A DNA stretch of 64,000 nucleotides from the NCBI GenBank assembly GCA_044222395.1, contig JBGANK010000003.1, positions 54,525 to 118,524 of the forward strand, in the 5' to 3' direction. The notes below the pieces were generated by a model. It was given only the letters and a program-made list of their open reading frames with translations, was not told the origin of the DNA and searched no databases. The DNA is from Hyphomicrobiaceae bacterium. GTDB taxonomy: Bacteria; Pseudomonadota; Alphaproteobacteria; Rhizobiales; Hyphomicrobiaceae. Made by a program: the position numbers and the translations under genes. This document shows positions 50,049 through 59,995 of this stretch, piece after piece. How positions within the stretch are numbered: position 1 is the first letter of the stretch; the number at the start of each line of letters is the position of its first letter.

Positions 50049-50855
50049 ATGAGCGACGTGAGGATCGCGGTCATGGGTGCGGGCGGGCGCATGGGACGCG
50101 AACTCGTGCGCGCCGTGCATGCGCTCGAGGGCTGCAAGGTGGCGGGCGGGGTCGAGCAGGCCGGCTCGCCCTTCTTGGGCCAGGATGTCGGCGAAGTGGC
50201 CGGCGTGGGGCCGGTCGGCGCCGCCATATCGGACGACCCGCTAGCCGTATGCGCGACGGTCGACGCGATCCTCGATTTCACCACACCGGCAGCCACAGCC
50301 GAGTTCGCAGGCCTGGCCGCCAACGCGCGCATCGTGCACGTGATCGGCACGACGGGGCTGCAACCCGAGCACGAGGCTGCCATCGCGGCGGCCGCTCGCC
50401 ATGCGACGATCATCAAGGCCGGCAACATGAGTCTGGGTGTCAACCTGCTGCTGGCGGTCACGCGCCGGGTGGCGCAAGCGCTGGACGCCGATTTCGATAT
50501 CGAGATCGTCGAGATGCATCACCGGCACAAGGTCGATGCCCCATCAGGCACCGCGCTGATGCTGGGGCAGGCCGCCGCGAACGGCCGCAACGTGCCACTC
50601 GCCGAAGTCTCGGTGCGCACGCGCGACGGTCATACAGGCGCCAGGCGGCGCGGCGACATCGGCTTCCAGTCACTCAGAGGTGGCAGCGTGGTCGGCGACC
50701 ACACGGTCATTTTCGCCGGCGAGGGCGAGCGGATCGAACTCTCTCACATCGCCAGCGATCGCGGCATTTTTGCTCGCGGAGCGGTGAAGGCGGCGCTTTG
50801 GGGTCGTGGCCGGGGGCCGGGGCTTTTCACCATGACGGACGTGCTCGGGCTTTAG
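50049..50855 (+). CDS. dapB: 4-hydroxy-tetrahydrodipicolinate reductase
   Basis: [15 protein letters not shown](P) motif and [15 protein letters not shown] catalytic signature. Confidence 0.94.
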   Translation: MSDVRIAVMGAGGRMGRELVRAVHALEGCKVAGGVEQAGSPFLGQDVGEVAGVGPVGAAISDDPLAVCATVDAILDFTTPAATAEFAGLAANARIVHVIGTTGLQPEHEAAIAAAARHATIIKAGNMSLGVNLLLAVTRRVAQALDADFDIEIVEMHHRHKVDAPSGTALMLGQAAANGRNVPLAEVSVRTRDGHTGARRRGDIGFQSLRGGSVVGDHTVIFAGEGERIELSHIASDRGIFARGAVKAALWGRGRGPGLFTMTDVLGL

Positions 50856-51097
50856 TCGGGGGGGCCGGGCCTGCCCGGTCCGCCACGGCGCTGCCAGCAG
50901 AAATGGGGCAGCGATTTAATCGATCGCAAACACATGCTGCGCCCGGGAGTGCTAGTGCTTTTCAGATCGCGGCATTTTTTCCGGACACGCAGAAAGACGC
51001 GACGAGCTTTGCAATAACGTCACGCGTGCGTGCCCGCGCTCGACAGGCGATGGACTCATGCCGCAGCATGGGTCGTCATGCAGAGGAATGATCGACA

Positions 51098-51718
51098 ATG
51101 GACAACGTGCTCGTTCTGGTTCGTCACGGTCAAAGCGAATGGAACCTGAAGAACCTGTTCACCGGCTGGCGTGATCCAGACCTCACCGAAAAGGGTGTGG
51201 CCGAGGCGATCAAGGCCGGCGAGATGCTGAAGCGCGAGGGTTTCCATTTCGACATCGCGTTCACGAGCGTCCTGCATCGCGCGCAGCGCACACTCGACCT
51301 GATGCTCGACAAACTCGGACAGACCGGGCTCGAGACGATCAAGGACAAGGCCCTGAACGAGCGCCACTACGGCGATCTGTGCGGACTCAACAAGGATGAC
51401 GCGCGCAAGAAGTGGGGCGAAGAGCAGGTGCACATGTGGCGGCGCAGCTATGACATCCGCCCGCCCGGCGGCGAAAGCCTGAAGGACACGGCGGAGCGCG
51501 TGCTACCCTACTACAAGGAGCAGATCTGGCCGCGGATCAAGAAGGGCCAGAACGTACTGGTCGCCGCTCATGGCAACTCGATCCGCGCGCTCGTCATGCA
51601 TCTGGAACAGCTCAACGAAAAGCAGATCATCGAACGCGAGATCGGCACCGGCGTGCCGCTCATCTATCGGCTCAACGAGAGCGGGCAACTTGCCGACAAG
51701 CGCGAGCTGGCGGCCTGA
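51098..51718 (+). CDS. gpmA: 2,3-bisphosphoglycerate-dependent phosphoglycerate mutase
   Basis: [18 protein letters not shown] phosphohistidine motif and [10 protein letters not shown]. Confidence 0.95.
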   Translation: MDNVLVLVRHGQSEWNLKNLFTGWRDPDLTEKGVAEAIKAGEMLKREGFHFDIAFTSVLHRAQRTLDLMLDKLGQTGLETIKDKALNERHYGDLCGLNKDDARKKWGEEQVHMWRRSYDIRPPGGESLKDTAERVLPYYKEQIWPRIKKGQNVLVAAHGNSIRALVMHLEQLNEKQIIEREIGTGVPLIYRLNESGQLADKRELAA

Positions 51719-51855
51719 CGGCCCGCCACGCAAGTGCCATCAAGACATACTGAGATCGGGTGGCGGCGGTGCGAGCGGTCGGGCCGAGGGCTGCGCGCCC
51801 GCCAGCATAAGTCTCACCTCACTTTGTCCCGTCACCAATTGCCGGAGATTCACGC

Positions 51856-52446
51856 ATGGCGCTCGACGAGCTTTCCGAACGATCCGCGCACGGGTCTCGC
51901 ACGCGCGACAGATTGATCGGCGTCTATATTGGCGCGCTGGCAGTGATTCTCGCACTTTCCGCCATGGGTGGAGACAACGCCGCCAAGAACGCGACGCTGA
52001 AGAATATCGAGGCGTCGAACACGTGGTCGTTCTTCCAAGCCAAGAACATGCGGCGGCAACTGATGCGCGTGCATACCGAGGATCTCGAGCTGATGCTGGA
52101 AACGACGCCCGGCCTTTCGCCGGAACAGAAGACACGGATCTCCGAGAAGATCGCGGCAAACAAGGCCAATGATGCGAGGCTGACGAGCGAGCCGGAGACG
52201 AAGGAAGGGCTCGACGAGCTGTTCAAGCGCGGCAAGGCGCTTGAAGCAGAGCGCGACAAGGCATTGGCGCAGGATCCCTATTTCGACTATGCGCAAGCCG
52301 CGTTGCAGATCGCGATCGTGCTGGCCTCCATTGCGATCATCTCGGGCGGGATGCCGCTATTGATTTTGAGCATGGCGCTCGGCGCAGCCGGCGTGCTCCT
52401 GACGCTCAATGGCTACCTCATGCTATTTCACATTCCGGGTATCTGA
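51856..52446 (+). CDS. DUF4337-like membrane protein
   Basis: IGVYIGALAVILALSAMGGDNAAKNAT...SNTWSFFQAKNMRR pattern recalled for DUF4337. C-terminal TM pair. Confidence 0.7.
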   Translation: MALDELSERSAHGSRTRDRLIGVYIGALAVILALSAMGGDNAAKNATLKNIEASNTWSFFQAKNMRRQLMRVHTEDLELMLETTPGLSPEQKTRISEKIAANKANDARLTSEPETKEGLDELFKRGKALEAERDKALAQDPYFDYAQAALQIAIVLASIAIISGGMPLLILSMALGAAGVLLTLNGYLMLFHIPGI

Positions 52447-52453
52447 TTAGGCT

Positions 52454-53101
52454 TCAACGGGCGGCCGCGCTCGCTGCCGATGATCTCTCCGACTCTCCGG
52501 TCAGGTCTTTGATCCATTGGGGCAGCTGCGGCGACGACGACGTGACGGAGCCCGTCTCGGTCGGCCCTGATCCTGTCGCACCCAAAGCAGGCTGTGCGTT
52601 GGGCTTGTCCGCAACCATCGGTGCCAGATCGAATGCCTTTATGCGCGCATCGATGTCGACCGGTGGACAGCCATTGGCCACCTGCTGGCGGTTCAGGGTC
52701 CTGACGCGCGCTTCGGCTTCGCGATAGGCTTCGACGCTTTCGAGGCCATCCTCCGGCCCGCCGAACATGCGACCGTAGGCCCTGGCGAGGGTTGTGGGCA
52801 ACGCCTCGCGCTCCTTGGCGATACCGTTCCGCGCCTTCTGCATGTCCTTGAGGCCCAGCTCAATGTCATCGCCGAGCGTCCGGCAGTCGAGCTGTCGCTG
52901 CTGCGGCGAAGGCTGTGGCTGCGCAGATGTGGCAACTTGCGGAGTGGTGGTGGCAGCACTGTTCTTGGAGCTGGAGGCTGCGCTGGTGGGAGCGATGGTG
53001 GGAACCACGCCGGCAGGATCGCCCACGGTCGAGCAGCCGCTGGCCAGGCTCGCTAAAGAGACCAGCAACGCCAATCGCAGCGATGTCCTAGCGCCGTGCA
53101 C
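52454..53101 (-). CDS. lipoprotein of unknown function
   Basis: Lipobox LASLASGC. GTG at 53101 chosen because the upstream part of the ORF (to 53251) is not signal-like. The start is uncertain. Confidence 0.55.
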   Translation of the reverse strand: MHGARTSLRLALLVSLASLASGCSTVGDPAGVVPTIAPTSAASSSKNSAATTTPQVATSAQPQPSPQQRQLDCRTLGDDIELGLKDMQKARNGIAKEREALPTTLARAYGRMFGGPEDGLESVEAYREAEARVRTLNRQQVANGCPPVDIDARIKAFDLAPMVADKPNAQPALGATGSGPTETGSVTSSSPQLPQWIKDLTGESERSSAASAAAR

Positions 53102-53366
53102 GTCGCCCTGCCCCGCAGTTCGTCCTTGGCGTTCTTCAACGCCTGCCGGGCGCGCCCGCCCGAAGACAACCTGCCTCAGCCAACTCACACCTGCGCAACC
53201 TAAGGGGTTGGCGGGGCTCGAGGCAAGACGCACGGCGGACACAGCTGCCACCTCCCGCGCATCGACATTCGAGCCGGGACCCGCACTGAACCGCGTCCGG
53301 TAGCCGCCGCGACCAGCCGCGAACCCGGTCTATGCGACCGGTCGCGGCAGAGCGCGAGTTGTATCG

Positions 53367-53825
53367 TCACGGCTTTATGTAGGTGTAGCCCTTGCCTTGC
53401 AGGTACGACAGTTCGGCCACGCCGGAGGGCACGATGTCGTCCTTGAACACCTCGAACAAATCCTTGTCGGGGTCGATCTTGCGGCCCACGAGCGTGTTGT
53501 TGCAGACCACGAATCCGACCTTCTGCGATTTCAGGTTGGAGACTTCTCCTTGCAGCTTCAGGTCTTGAACAGCATTGCGGAGCAAATCGACGCCATCGCC
53601 GTGCAACACGACCTTGACCTCGACGTTGTCCTTGCCGACGGCGCTGATGTGGTTCTGGACGTTCTTGAGCGCCTTCAGGTAGGCCTTGCCGTCCTGTCCG
53701 GCGTCGAAGTTGATGTGGTAGACGACCTTCTGCTTGCCGTAACGATCCTCGGCAGCGGCAGGTGCGATGGCGAGAGTGACGAGTGCGGCAAAGGCTAAGG
53801 CGACGGCAGTGATTGCACGCAGCAT
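53367..53825 (-). CDS. secreted DsrE/DsrF-like family protein
   Basis: Signal peptide. KVVYHIN...VKVVLHGDGVDLL...VVCNNTL pattern of COG1416-type DsrE-like proteins (from memory). Confidence 0.7.
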   Translation of the reverse strand: MLRAITAVALAFAALVTLAIAPAAAEDRYGKQKVVYHINFDAGQDGKAYLKALKNVQNHISAVGKDNVEVKVVLHGDGVDLLRNAVQDLKLQGEVSNLKSQKVGFVVCNNTLVGRKIDPDKDLFEVFKDDIVPSGVAELSYLQGKGYTYIKP

Positions 53826-54177
53826 GTATTAAACTCCTCCTGGCTTCATTGGACGACTTGACGTTCCTTATTGGTGTTCCTTATCGGGTGCGTATCGGCC
53901 ATGCCCGCTGCGGCAGCATAGAGCCTTCGAGCCAGCTCGCCTGAGATTGAAGCTACTCCAGCGAAAGCGATGCCCCCCCACCAGATACTGCACCAGCCGC
54001 GGGCAGAAGTTGCAACTCACAACTTTGCCGGACCACAGCCACAGTGGCGGGCGACGCACCTTTCCCAGTTGCAGGATCGTGTCCGAGACGGTAGCAGAAG
54101 GGCCTCCGGCGGCGATCGGTGAACGACTTTCGCCGCCACAAGACCTCGGCCCCGACAACTGACGGATCTTAGACCGC

Positions 54178-55293
54178 ATGCCCACTCATTCCCTGCTTCT
54201 TCTTCCCGGCGACGGCATCGGCGTCGAGATCATGGCCGAGGTGGAGCGCATCATCGCGTTCCTCAACAAGCGCTCGAACGCTGCGAAATTCGAGACGAAG
54301 ACGGATCTTGTCGGCGGTTCGGCCTATGACAAGCACGGCGTGTCGATCACGGACGAAGCGATGGCCGGCGCGATGGCTGCCGACGCCATCATCTTCGGCG
54401 CGGTGGGCGGTCCCAAGTGGGACAAGGTGCCCTACGAGCATCGGCCGGAAGCTGGTCTTCTTCGCCTGCGGAAAGACCTCGACCTTTACGCGAACCTGCG
54501 ACCGGCGATCTGCTATCCGGCACTGGCGGACGCCTCGTCGCTGAAGCGCGAGCTGGTCGAGGGCCTCGATATCCTGATCCTGCGCGAGCTCACCGGCGGC
54601 ACCTACTTCGGCGAGCCGAAGGAGATCGTGACCTTGGAGAACGGCGAGAAGCGCGCCGTCGACACGACGCTCTACACGACGCGCGAAGTTGACCGCATCG
54701 CGCGCATGGGATTCGATCTCGCCCGCAAGCGCCGCAACAAGGTGCACATGGCGGCGAAGTGGAACGTGATGCGGTCGGGCGTGCTGTGGCGCGAGGTGAC
54801 TGCGCAGGTTCACAAGAGCTATGCATCCGACGTCGAGTACCATGAGATCCTCGCCGACAACTGCGCCATGCAGCTGATCCGCAACCCCAAGCAGTTCGAC
54901 GTCGTCGTGACTGACAACCTGTTCGGCGACATCCTTTCCGACGAGGCGGCGATGATGACCGGCTCGCTCGGCATGTTGCCTTCGGCCTCGCTTGGCGGCG
55001 TCGATGCCAAGACCGGCAAGCGGCGCGCGCTCTACGAGCCGGTGCACGGTTCGGCGCCCGACATCGCCGGTCAAGGTCTCGCCAATCCGATCGCTATGAT
55101 CGCCTCGTTCGCGATGGCGCTGCGCTACTCCTTCGACCTCGGCAAGGAGGCCGATCTGGTCGAGGGAGCCATTGCCAGAGTGCTGGATAAGGGGCTGAGA
55201 ACAGGCGACATCATGCAGCCCGGAATGACCAAGACCGGCACCTCGCAGATGGGAGCGGCGATACTCAAAGAGATGGAGGCGATGGTCGCCTGA
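54178..55293 (+). CDS. leuB: 3-isopropylmalate dehydrogenase
   Basis: [39 protein letters not shown] isocitrate/isopropylmalate dehydrogenase signature. Confidence 0.95.
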   Translation: MPTHSLLLLPGDGIGVEIMAEVERIIAFLNKRSNAAKFETKTDLVGGSAYDKHGVSITDEAMAGAMAADAIIFGAVGGPKWDKVPYEHRPEAGLLRLRKDLDLYANLRPAICYPALADASSLKRELVEGLDILILRELTGGTYFGEPKEIVTLENGEKRAVDTTLYTTREVDRIARMGFDLARKRRNKVHMAAKWNVMRSGVLWREVTAQVHKSYASDVEYHEILADNCAMQLIRNPKQFDVVVTDNLFGDILSDEAAMMTGSLGMLPSASLGGVDAKTGKRRALYEPVHGSAPDIAGQGLANPIAMIASFAMALRYSFDLGKEADLVEGAIARVLDKGLRTGDIMQPGMTKTGTSQMGAAILKEMEAMVA

Positions 55294-55311
55294 TCGAAGG
55301 CGAGCATCCTG

Positions 55312-56109
55312 ATGGCTAGCAACCTTTCCAGCATAGGCTTCGTGTTCCGTGACGCGGAGGAGTTTCACAAGCGGATGCTTGTGCTCGCCGAGGAGACGCG
55401 CGAGCGGCTGACGTGCGACGCGGGCGAATATGCGATCTGGCGCTCGCGAACGGGGGGGGAGATCTGGTTCCAGCTGGCATCGCCCGACGAGGCGGGCGGC
55501 CAGGCAACAATCCTGGGTCTGGCTCCATTCTTCGAGGGCGAAAGCAGCATTCCGATCTTCGTTACGACGGCTTTGAAGCGGCCCGACGATACGCCGCTCG
55601 AGGGCCTGTTTCACGGCTGGGTGGCACCTGACGGGCAAGGGACCGGGCTTTATCCGCTGCTGCTCGATGCAATCGACTTCGCCGCTCATGCCGGGCGGCA
55701 ACTGCCGGCGACCTGGCATTGCCGAGTGACCGGGTTCTGCCGCAACCTCACCATCCATCCGGATGCCTCTTCGCTGCCGGAGATCGGCGAAGGACAGCGA
55801 TTGGCCTCGAAGGCACTGATCCCCATCGGGCTGTTCAACGATCCGGACGAGCAGGGCGAGGGGGAAGGTGGCTCGGAAGGAGGTGGGCGCCCCAACACGG
55901 CCGAGCCGACCGCCTGGCTCACTGGCACCGTGCGTGCACATCGGCTGCTCGAAAACGAGGCAACGGGGCGCGCGTTCCATTGGCTCAGCGTGGAGAGTCT
56001 GGCGGCAACCTTCGACCTCGTTGCCGACCCCGACATCGTCACGGGCGAGATCGTGGAAGGCGCGATCGTCGAGGTGATGGCGTGGATGTTCGCGCGGGTG
56101 ATGGATTGA
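55312..56109 (+). CDS. hypothetical protein
   Basis: 265-aa ORF 18 nt after leuB. High GC3. No motif recognised. Confidence 0.6.
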   Translation: MASNLSSIGFVFRDAEEFHKRMLVLAEETRERLTCDAGEYAIWRSRTGGEIWFQLASPDEAGGQATILGLAPFFEGESSIPIFVTTALKRPDDTPLEGLFHGWVAPDGQGTGLYPLLLDAIDFAAHAGRQLPATWHCRVTGFCRNLTIHPDASSLPEIGEGQRLASKALIPIGLFNDPDEQGEGEGGSEGGGRPNTAEPTAWLTGTVRAHRLLENEATGRAFHWLSVESLAATFDLVADPDIVTGEIVEGAIVEVMAWMFARVMD

Positions 56110-56114
56110 AGTTG

Positions 56115-56549
56115 TTAGACGCTGTGCTCCTCCGCGCAGATGCCGGGCTTGCCGACCACTGAACCGCGCGCGGTCCAGGCCGGGCGGACTTGGTCGGAAC
56201 GTGCCTCCTGCTCGGTGCGGGCCACGAAATAGAACTCGTAGCAGTTGCCGCCGACCTTCTTGACGCGATAGCAGCCGCCGGCGGGATCGGCATCGTAGAT
56301 TGTGCAGAATGTGCCCGACTCGACCGTCCATTTGCCGCCGACCGACCTGTCCGCCTCGCGGTATTCCAGGCGGCCGCCCGCAGCATAGCTTTCGCTGAAG
56401 GGGCGGCCATTGCCGTATTTGCCTTCGAGCGTCACGCCGGAGAAGGCTGAGCGCAGTTCCACGTCATTCATCCAGGTGCCCTCGGCAGCGAGTGATGCCG
56501 CGGTGCCCAGCGTCATGAGCGCCAACGCACAAAGCAAACGCAAGATCAT
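56115..56549 (-). CDS. small secreted protein of unknown function
   Basis: Signal peptide MILRLLCALALMTLGTAASLAA. Gly/Tyr/Cys-rich beta-type sequence. The start is uncertain (56549 or 56603). Confidence 0.55.
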   Translation of the reverse strand: MILRLLCALALMTLGTAASLAAEGTWMNDVELRSAFSGVTLEGKYGNGRPFSESYAAGGRLEYREADRSVGGKWTVESGTFCTIYDADPAGGCYRVKKVGGNCYEFYFVARTEQEARSDQVRPAWTARGSVVGKPGICAEEHSV

Positions 56550-56680
56550 GACAAGCGGCTGCGGCCTTCCCTGCACCTGCATCATGAACTCCCGGGTTCC
56601 CATGCGGCCCTAGTCATCATGCCCGGACTGGACCATCCTTCACAAGAAAGACCGACTGGTCGGAAACCGGATGGAGCCGT

Positions 56681-57235
56681 TCATGCATGATTGCGACCGC
56701 CGACCCGCCCGCCTGCCATGCGGGTCAATGTGCCGTCCTTGTCGACGATCTGGCGTTTCAGGGCGGCGATGACGTGGAGGATGATGGCGGCGATCAAGAG
56801 CTTGCTGCCGAGCCCGTGAACGATATGGCCGGCCTTGTCCATCCATTCGATCTTGCCGATTTCGGGGATCAGGAACAGCCCGAGGACATCGATTGAGCGG
56901 CCCGAACCTAGCGACATCATCATGCCGGAGATCGGCATGAACAGCGTGCCCAGCAACAAGAACCAGTGCGTGACGGCCACAACGCGCTCCTGCCAAGCGG
57001 GCACAATCGACAATGCCGCGGGAAAACCCTGTGCGAGACGCCACACCAGACGCCACATCGCGAACACCAGAACGGCGACGCCAAACCCCTTGTGCCACCA
57101 GATCAACGCCGACTTGGGGTCGCCCTTGGGCATGTCCGCGATGATGAGACCGAACACCAGCATGGCGATCATGGCGACGGCCAGAAGCCAGTGCAGTGCG
57201 ACCGATGTCACTGTTAGCTTATCGCTCTGATCCAT
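56681..57235 (-). CDS. cytochrome b561-family protein
   Basis: Four TM segments with conserved His pairs (ALHWLL..., WWHKGFG..., VTHWFLL..., ILHVIAALK). Confidence 0.8.
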   Translation of the reverse strand: MDQSDKLTVTSVALHWLLAVAMIAMLVFGLIIADMPKGDPKSALIWWHKGFGVAVLVFAMWRLVWRLAQGFPAALSIVPAWQERVVAVTHWFLLLGTLFMPISGMMMSLGSGRSIDVLGLFLIPEIGKIEWMDKAGHIVHGLGSKLLIAAIILHVIAALKRQIVDKDGTLTRMAGGRVGGRNHA

Positions 57236-57533
57236 ATGCGTTTTTCCTTGAGAGTTCGGGCTTTGCGAAGCATTTTTGTCTGATAACGGTGTACTTTTTA
57301 GCGTGCAACGCGGCGGAAACAAGGTTTCCGTCGTCGCACTATCGGACGAGGTCAAAACCCCTAATTCCGGTGCGGTGTTTTCCGCGCTGTGACGTGCCGG
57401 CGCGAGGTTGTGCAATCGATCGGCTTGAAACCGTTGCTAACCCCGCGTATGGGATCGCGCTTGCAGGTGATGTGTGCAAAACCAACCGCGCGGGCCAAGG
57501 CTCGCCGGCAATCTCACGCAAGGACCAATAGTG

Positions 57534-58562
57534 ATGGGCTACAAAGTCGCCGTCGTCGGGGCCACGGGCAACGTGGGCCGCGAGATGCTGAACGTGCTCG
57601 CCGAGCGCCGATTCCCGGCCGATGAGATCATCCCGCTGGCATCGCGGCGCTCGATCGGCGTCGACGTCTCCTACGGTGACAAGACCTTGAAGTGCCGCGA
57701 CCTGGAAAACTTCAATTTCAAGGGCGTCGATTTCTGCCTGATGTCGGCCGGCTCATCCGTTTCCAAGGAGTGGGCGCCGAGGATCGGCCAGCAGGGCTGC
57801 GTGGTGATCGATAACTCGTCGTGCTGGCGCTACGACCAGGACGTGCCGCTGGTGGTGCCGGAGGTGAACCCGGAAGCGCTCGCGGGCTATACCAAGAAGA
57901 ACATCATCGCCAACCCGAACTGTTCGACGGCGCAGATGGTCGTTGCGCTAAAGCCGATCCATGACGCGGCAACGATCAAGCGGATTGTCGTATCGACCTA
58001 TCAGTCGGTGTCGGGCGCCGGCAAGGAAGCGATGGACGAGCTGTGGCACCAGACCAAGGCGAAGTACGTGCCGGGCACCGAGGTGGCGCCGAAGAAGTTC
58101 ACCAAGGAGATCGCATTCAACTGCATTCCTCACATCGACGTCTTCATGGAGGACGGCTACACGAAGGAGGAATGGAAGATGATGGCGGAGACCAAGAAGA
58201 TCATGGACCCGCGCATCAAACTGACCGCGACGTGCGTGCGCGTGCCGGTGTTCGTCGGCCATTCCGAAGCCGTCAACCTGGAGCTGGAGAAGCCGCTGAC
58301 GCCAGAAGAAGCACGCGAGCTGTTGCGCAATGCTCCCGGCATCGCCGTCGTCGACAAGCGCGAGCCCGGCGGGTATGCGACTCCGGTCGAGGCCGCGGGT
58401 GAGTTCGATACCTATGTGTCCCGCATCCGCGAGGATGCAACCGTCGAGAACGGCCTGGCGCTGTGGATCGTGTCCGACAATCTGCTGAAGGGCGCGGCGC
58501 TCAACACGATCCAGATTGCCGAAGAGATGATCACGCGGAACATGCTGAAGAAGGTGGCTTGA
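57534..58562 (+). CDS. asd: aspartate-semialdehyde dehydrogenase
   Basis: KVAVVGATGNVGREM NADP motif, active-site NPNCST, 342 aa. Confidence 0.95.
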   Translation: MGYKVAVVGATGNVGREMLNVLAERRFPADEIIPLASRRSIGVDVSYGDKTLKCRDLENFNFKGVDFCLMSAGSSVSKEWAPRIGQQGCVVIDNSSCWRYDQDVPLVVPEVNPEALAGYTKKNIIANPNCSTAQMVVALKPIHDAATIKRIVVSTYQSVSGAGKEAMDELWHQTKAKYVPGTEVAPKKFTKEIAFNCIPHIDVFMEDGYTKEEWKMMAETKKIMDPRIKLTATCVRVPVFVGHSEAVNLELEKPLTPEEARELLRNAPGIAVVDKREPGGYATPVEAAGEFDTYVSRIREDATVENGLALWIVSDNLLKGAALNTIQIAEEMITRNMLKKVA

Positions 58563-58613
58563 GGCGTTGCGCCAAGGCTCCTTCGCAGCGGTTCCGTATG
58601 ACAACAGATGACA

Positions 58614-58640
58614 ACGCCCGCTCATGTGAGCGGGCGTTTC
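58614..58640 (+). terminator. intrinsic terminator of asd
   Basis: ACGCCCGCTCA-tg-TGAGCGGGCGT followed by TTCC. Confidence 0.65.
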
Positions 58641-58946
58641 CAATCGATGCGACACGAACCTTCAATTTCAAGCTCACCGATTCCAAGGCACATTCGCGCG
58701 AGCCGCGGGCGCCAAGAACTGCGAACCTTGGTCGCAGCAAGGCTGTTGGCGCGAGTTTGCTGCGCGAATTGCGTGCCGTGCGCGGTATGACGGTGCCGTT
58801 GTGAACACTTTCTGGAATGCGCAGATGCGGTTGATGCCAGCATCAAGCCGCATTCTGCTGCTCTAAGAAAATTCATCCGCAAGCCGAGAGGAAATTGCGG
58901 GGTCCATCTGCATTCGACGACTAGCCGGAGTTCAAAGGAACTCACC

Positions 58947-59954
58947 ATGAATATGATCGAGCGTGAACGTCAAAAGGACGCCGGGCCGTTCGAGAACGTG
59001 CGCAAGGCCGGTGAGGTCCTCGTCGCCGTCATCCTGCCGTGCCTCAACGAAGCGGCGACGATCGGCGCCACGATCGCCGGTTTCCAGGCGGCGCTACCCG
59101 ATGCCGACATCTACGTCATCGACAACGGCTCGACCGATCGAACCGCCGAAACGGCGAAAGCGCACGGCGCCGTCGTCCTCGCGGAGCCGCTCAGAGGCAA
59201 GGGCAACGCGGTGCGCCGCGCCTTCTCATCCATAGATGCCGACATCTACGTGATGGCGGACGGCGACGGCACCTACGATGCGCGCGAGGCACCGCGACTG
59301 GTGGAGATGCTCGACAGCAATCACCTCGACATGGTCGTGGCGGCACGGCGCAAGGCGAGCGATGACGCCTACCGAGCCGGTCACGAGTGGGGCAACTGGC
59401 TCTTCAATCGCCTCCTTCGCACGCTGTTTGGCAGCGGTTACAAGGACTGCTTCTCCGGCTATCGCGTGATGTCAAATCGTTTCGTCAAATCGTTTCCGGC
59501 CCGCTCCAGCGGCTTTGAGATCGAAACGGAAATGACGGTGCATGCTGCTTTGTTGCGCATGCCGATGCAGGAAGTGGAGTGCACGTACCTGGCGCGCGTC
59601 GAGGGCAGCGAGAGCAAGCTCAAAACCTATCGCGACGGCTTCCGCATCCTGATGACGATCGTCAACTTCCTGCGCCTGCACCGGCCGCTGCTGTTCTTCA
59701 GTGTCGCGGCCGGTGTGCTTCTCGTTGCAGGACTGGCTTTGTTCGTGCCGATCCTCACCGAATTCATGCGCACCGGACTGGTGCCGCGCTTCCCGACGCT
59801 GATCGTGGCGATCGGGCTCGGGATCAGCTCGCTGCTGCTGATGACGGCGGGACTGATCCTGGACGCGACCGCGCGCACGCAACTGGAGGTCCGCCGGCTC
59901 ATCTACCTAAATGCCGAGCGGCGCGCGAACGGAAAGCGGACAACGACGTCGTGA
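58947..59954 (+). CDS. family-2 glycosyltransferase with C-terminal TM segments
   Basis: VAVILPCLNEAATI...YVIDNGSTDRT...GKGNA GT-A motifs and a DGD (DxD) motif. Two C-terminal hydrophobic helices. Confidence 0.85.
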   Translation: MNMIERERQKDAGPFENVRKAGEVLVAVILPCLNEAATIGATIAGFQAALPDADIYVIDNGSTDRTAETAKAHGAVVLAEPLRGKGNAVRRAFSSIDADIYVMADGDGTYDAREAPRLVEMLDSNHLDMVVAARRKASDDAYRAGHEWGNWLFNRLLRTLFGSGYKDCFSGYRVMSNRFVKSFPARSSGFEIETEMTVHAALLRMPMQEVECTYLARVEGSESKLKTYRDGFRILMTIVNFLRLHRPLLFFSVAAGVLLVAGLALFVPILTEFMRTGLVPRFPTLIVAIGLGISSLLLMTAGLILDATARTQLEVRRLIYLNAERRANGKRTTTS

Positions 59955-59995
59955 TCGAAGCCGCTATCCGGCATCCAACCAATTGCTGAACAAAT

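Noticed and set aside
54169-56331. 720-aa minus-strand ORF, the longest non-annotated ORF in the track
   Set aside because: It lies exactly antisense to leuB and the following hypothetical gene, in the codon-aligned shadow frame typical of high-GC genomes. The Arg/Gly/His-rich composition is not protein-like, whereas leuB on the plus strand has unambiguous motifs.
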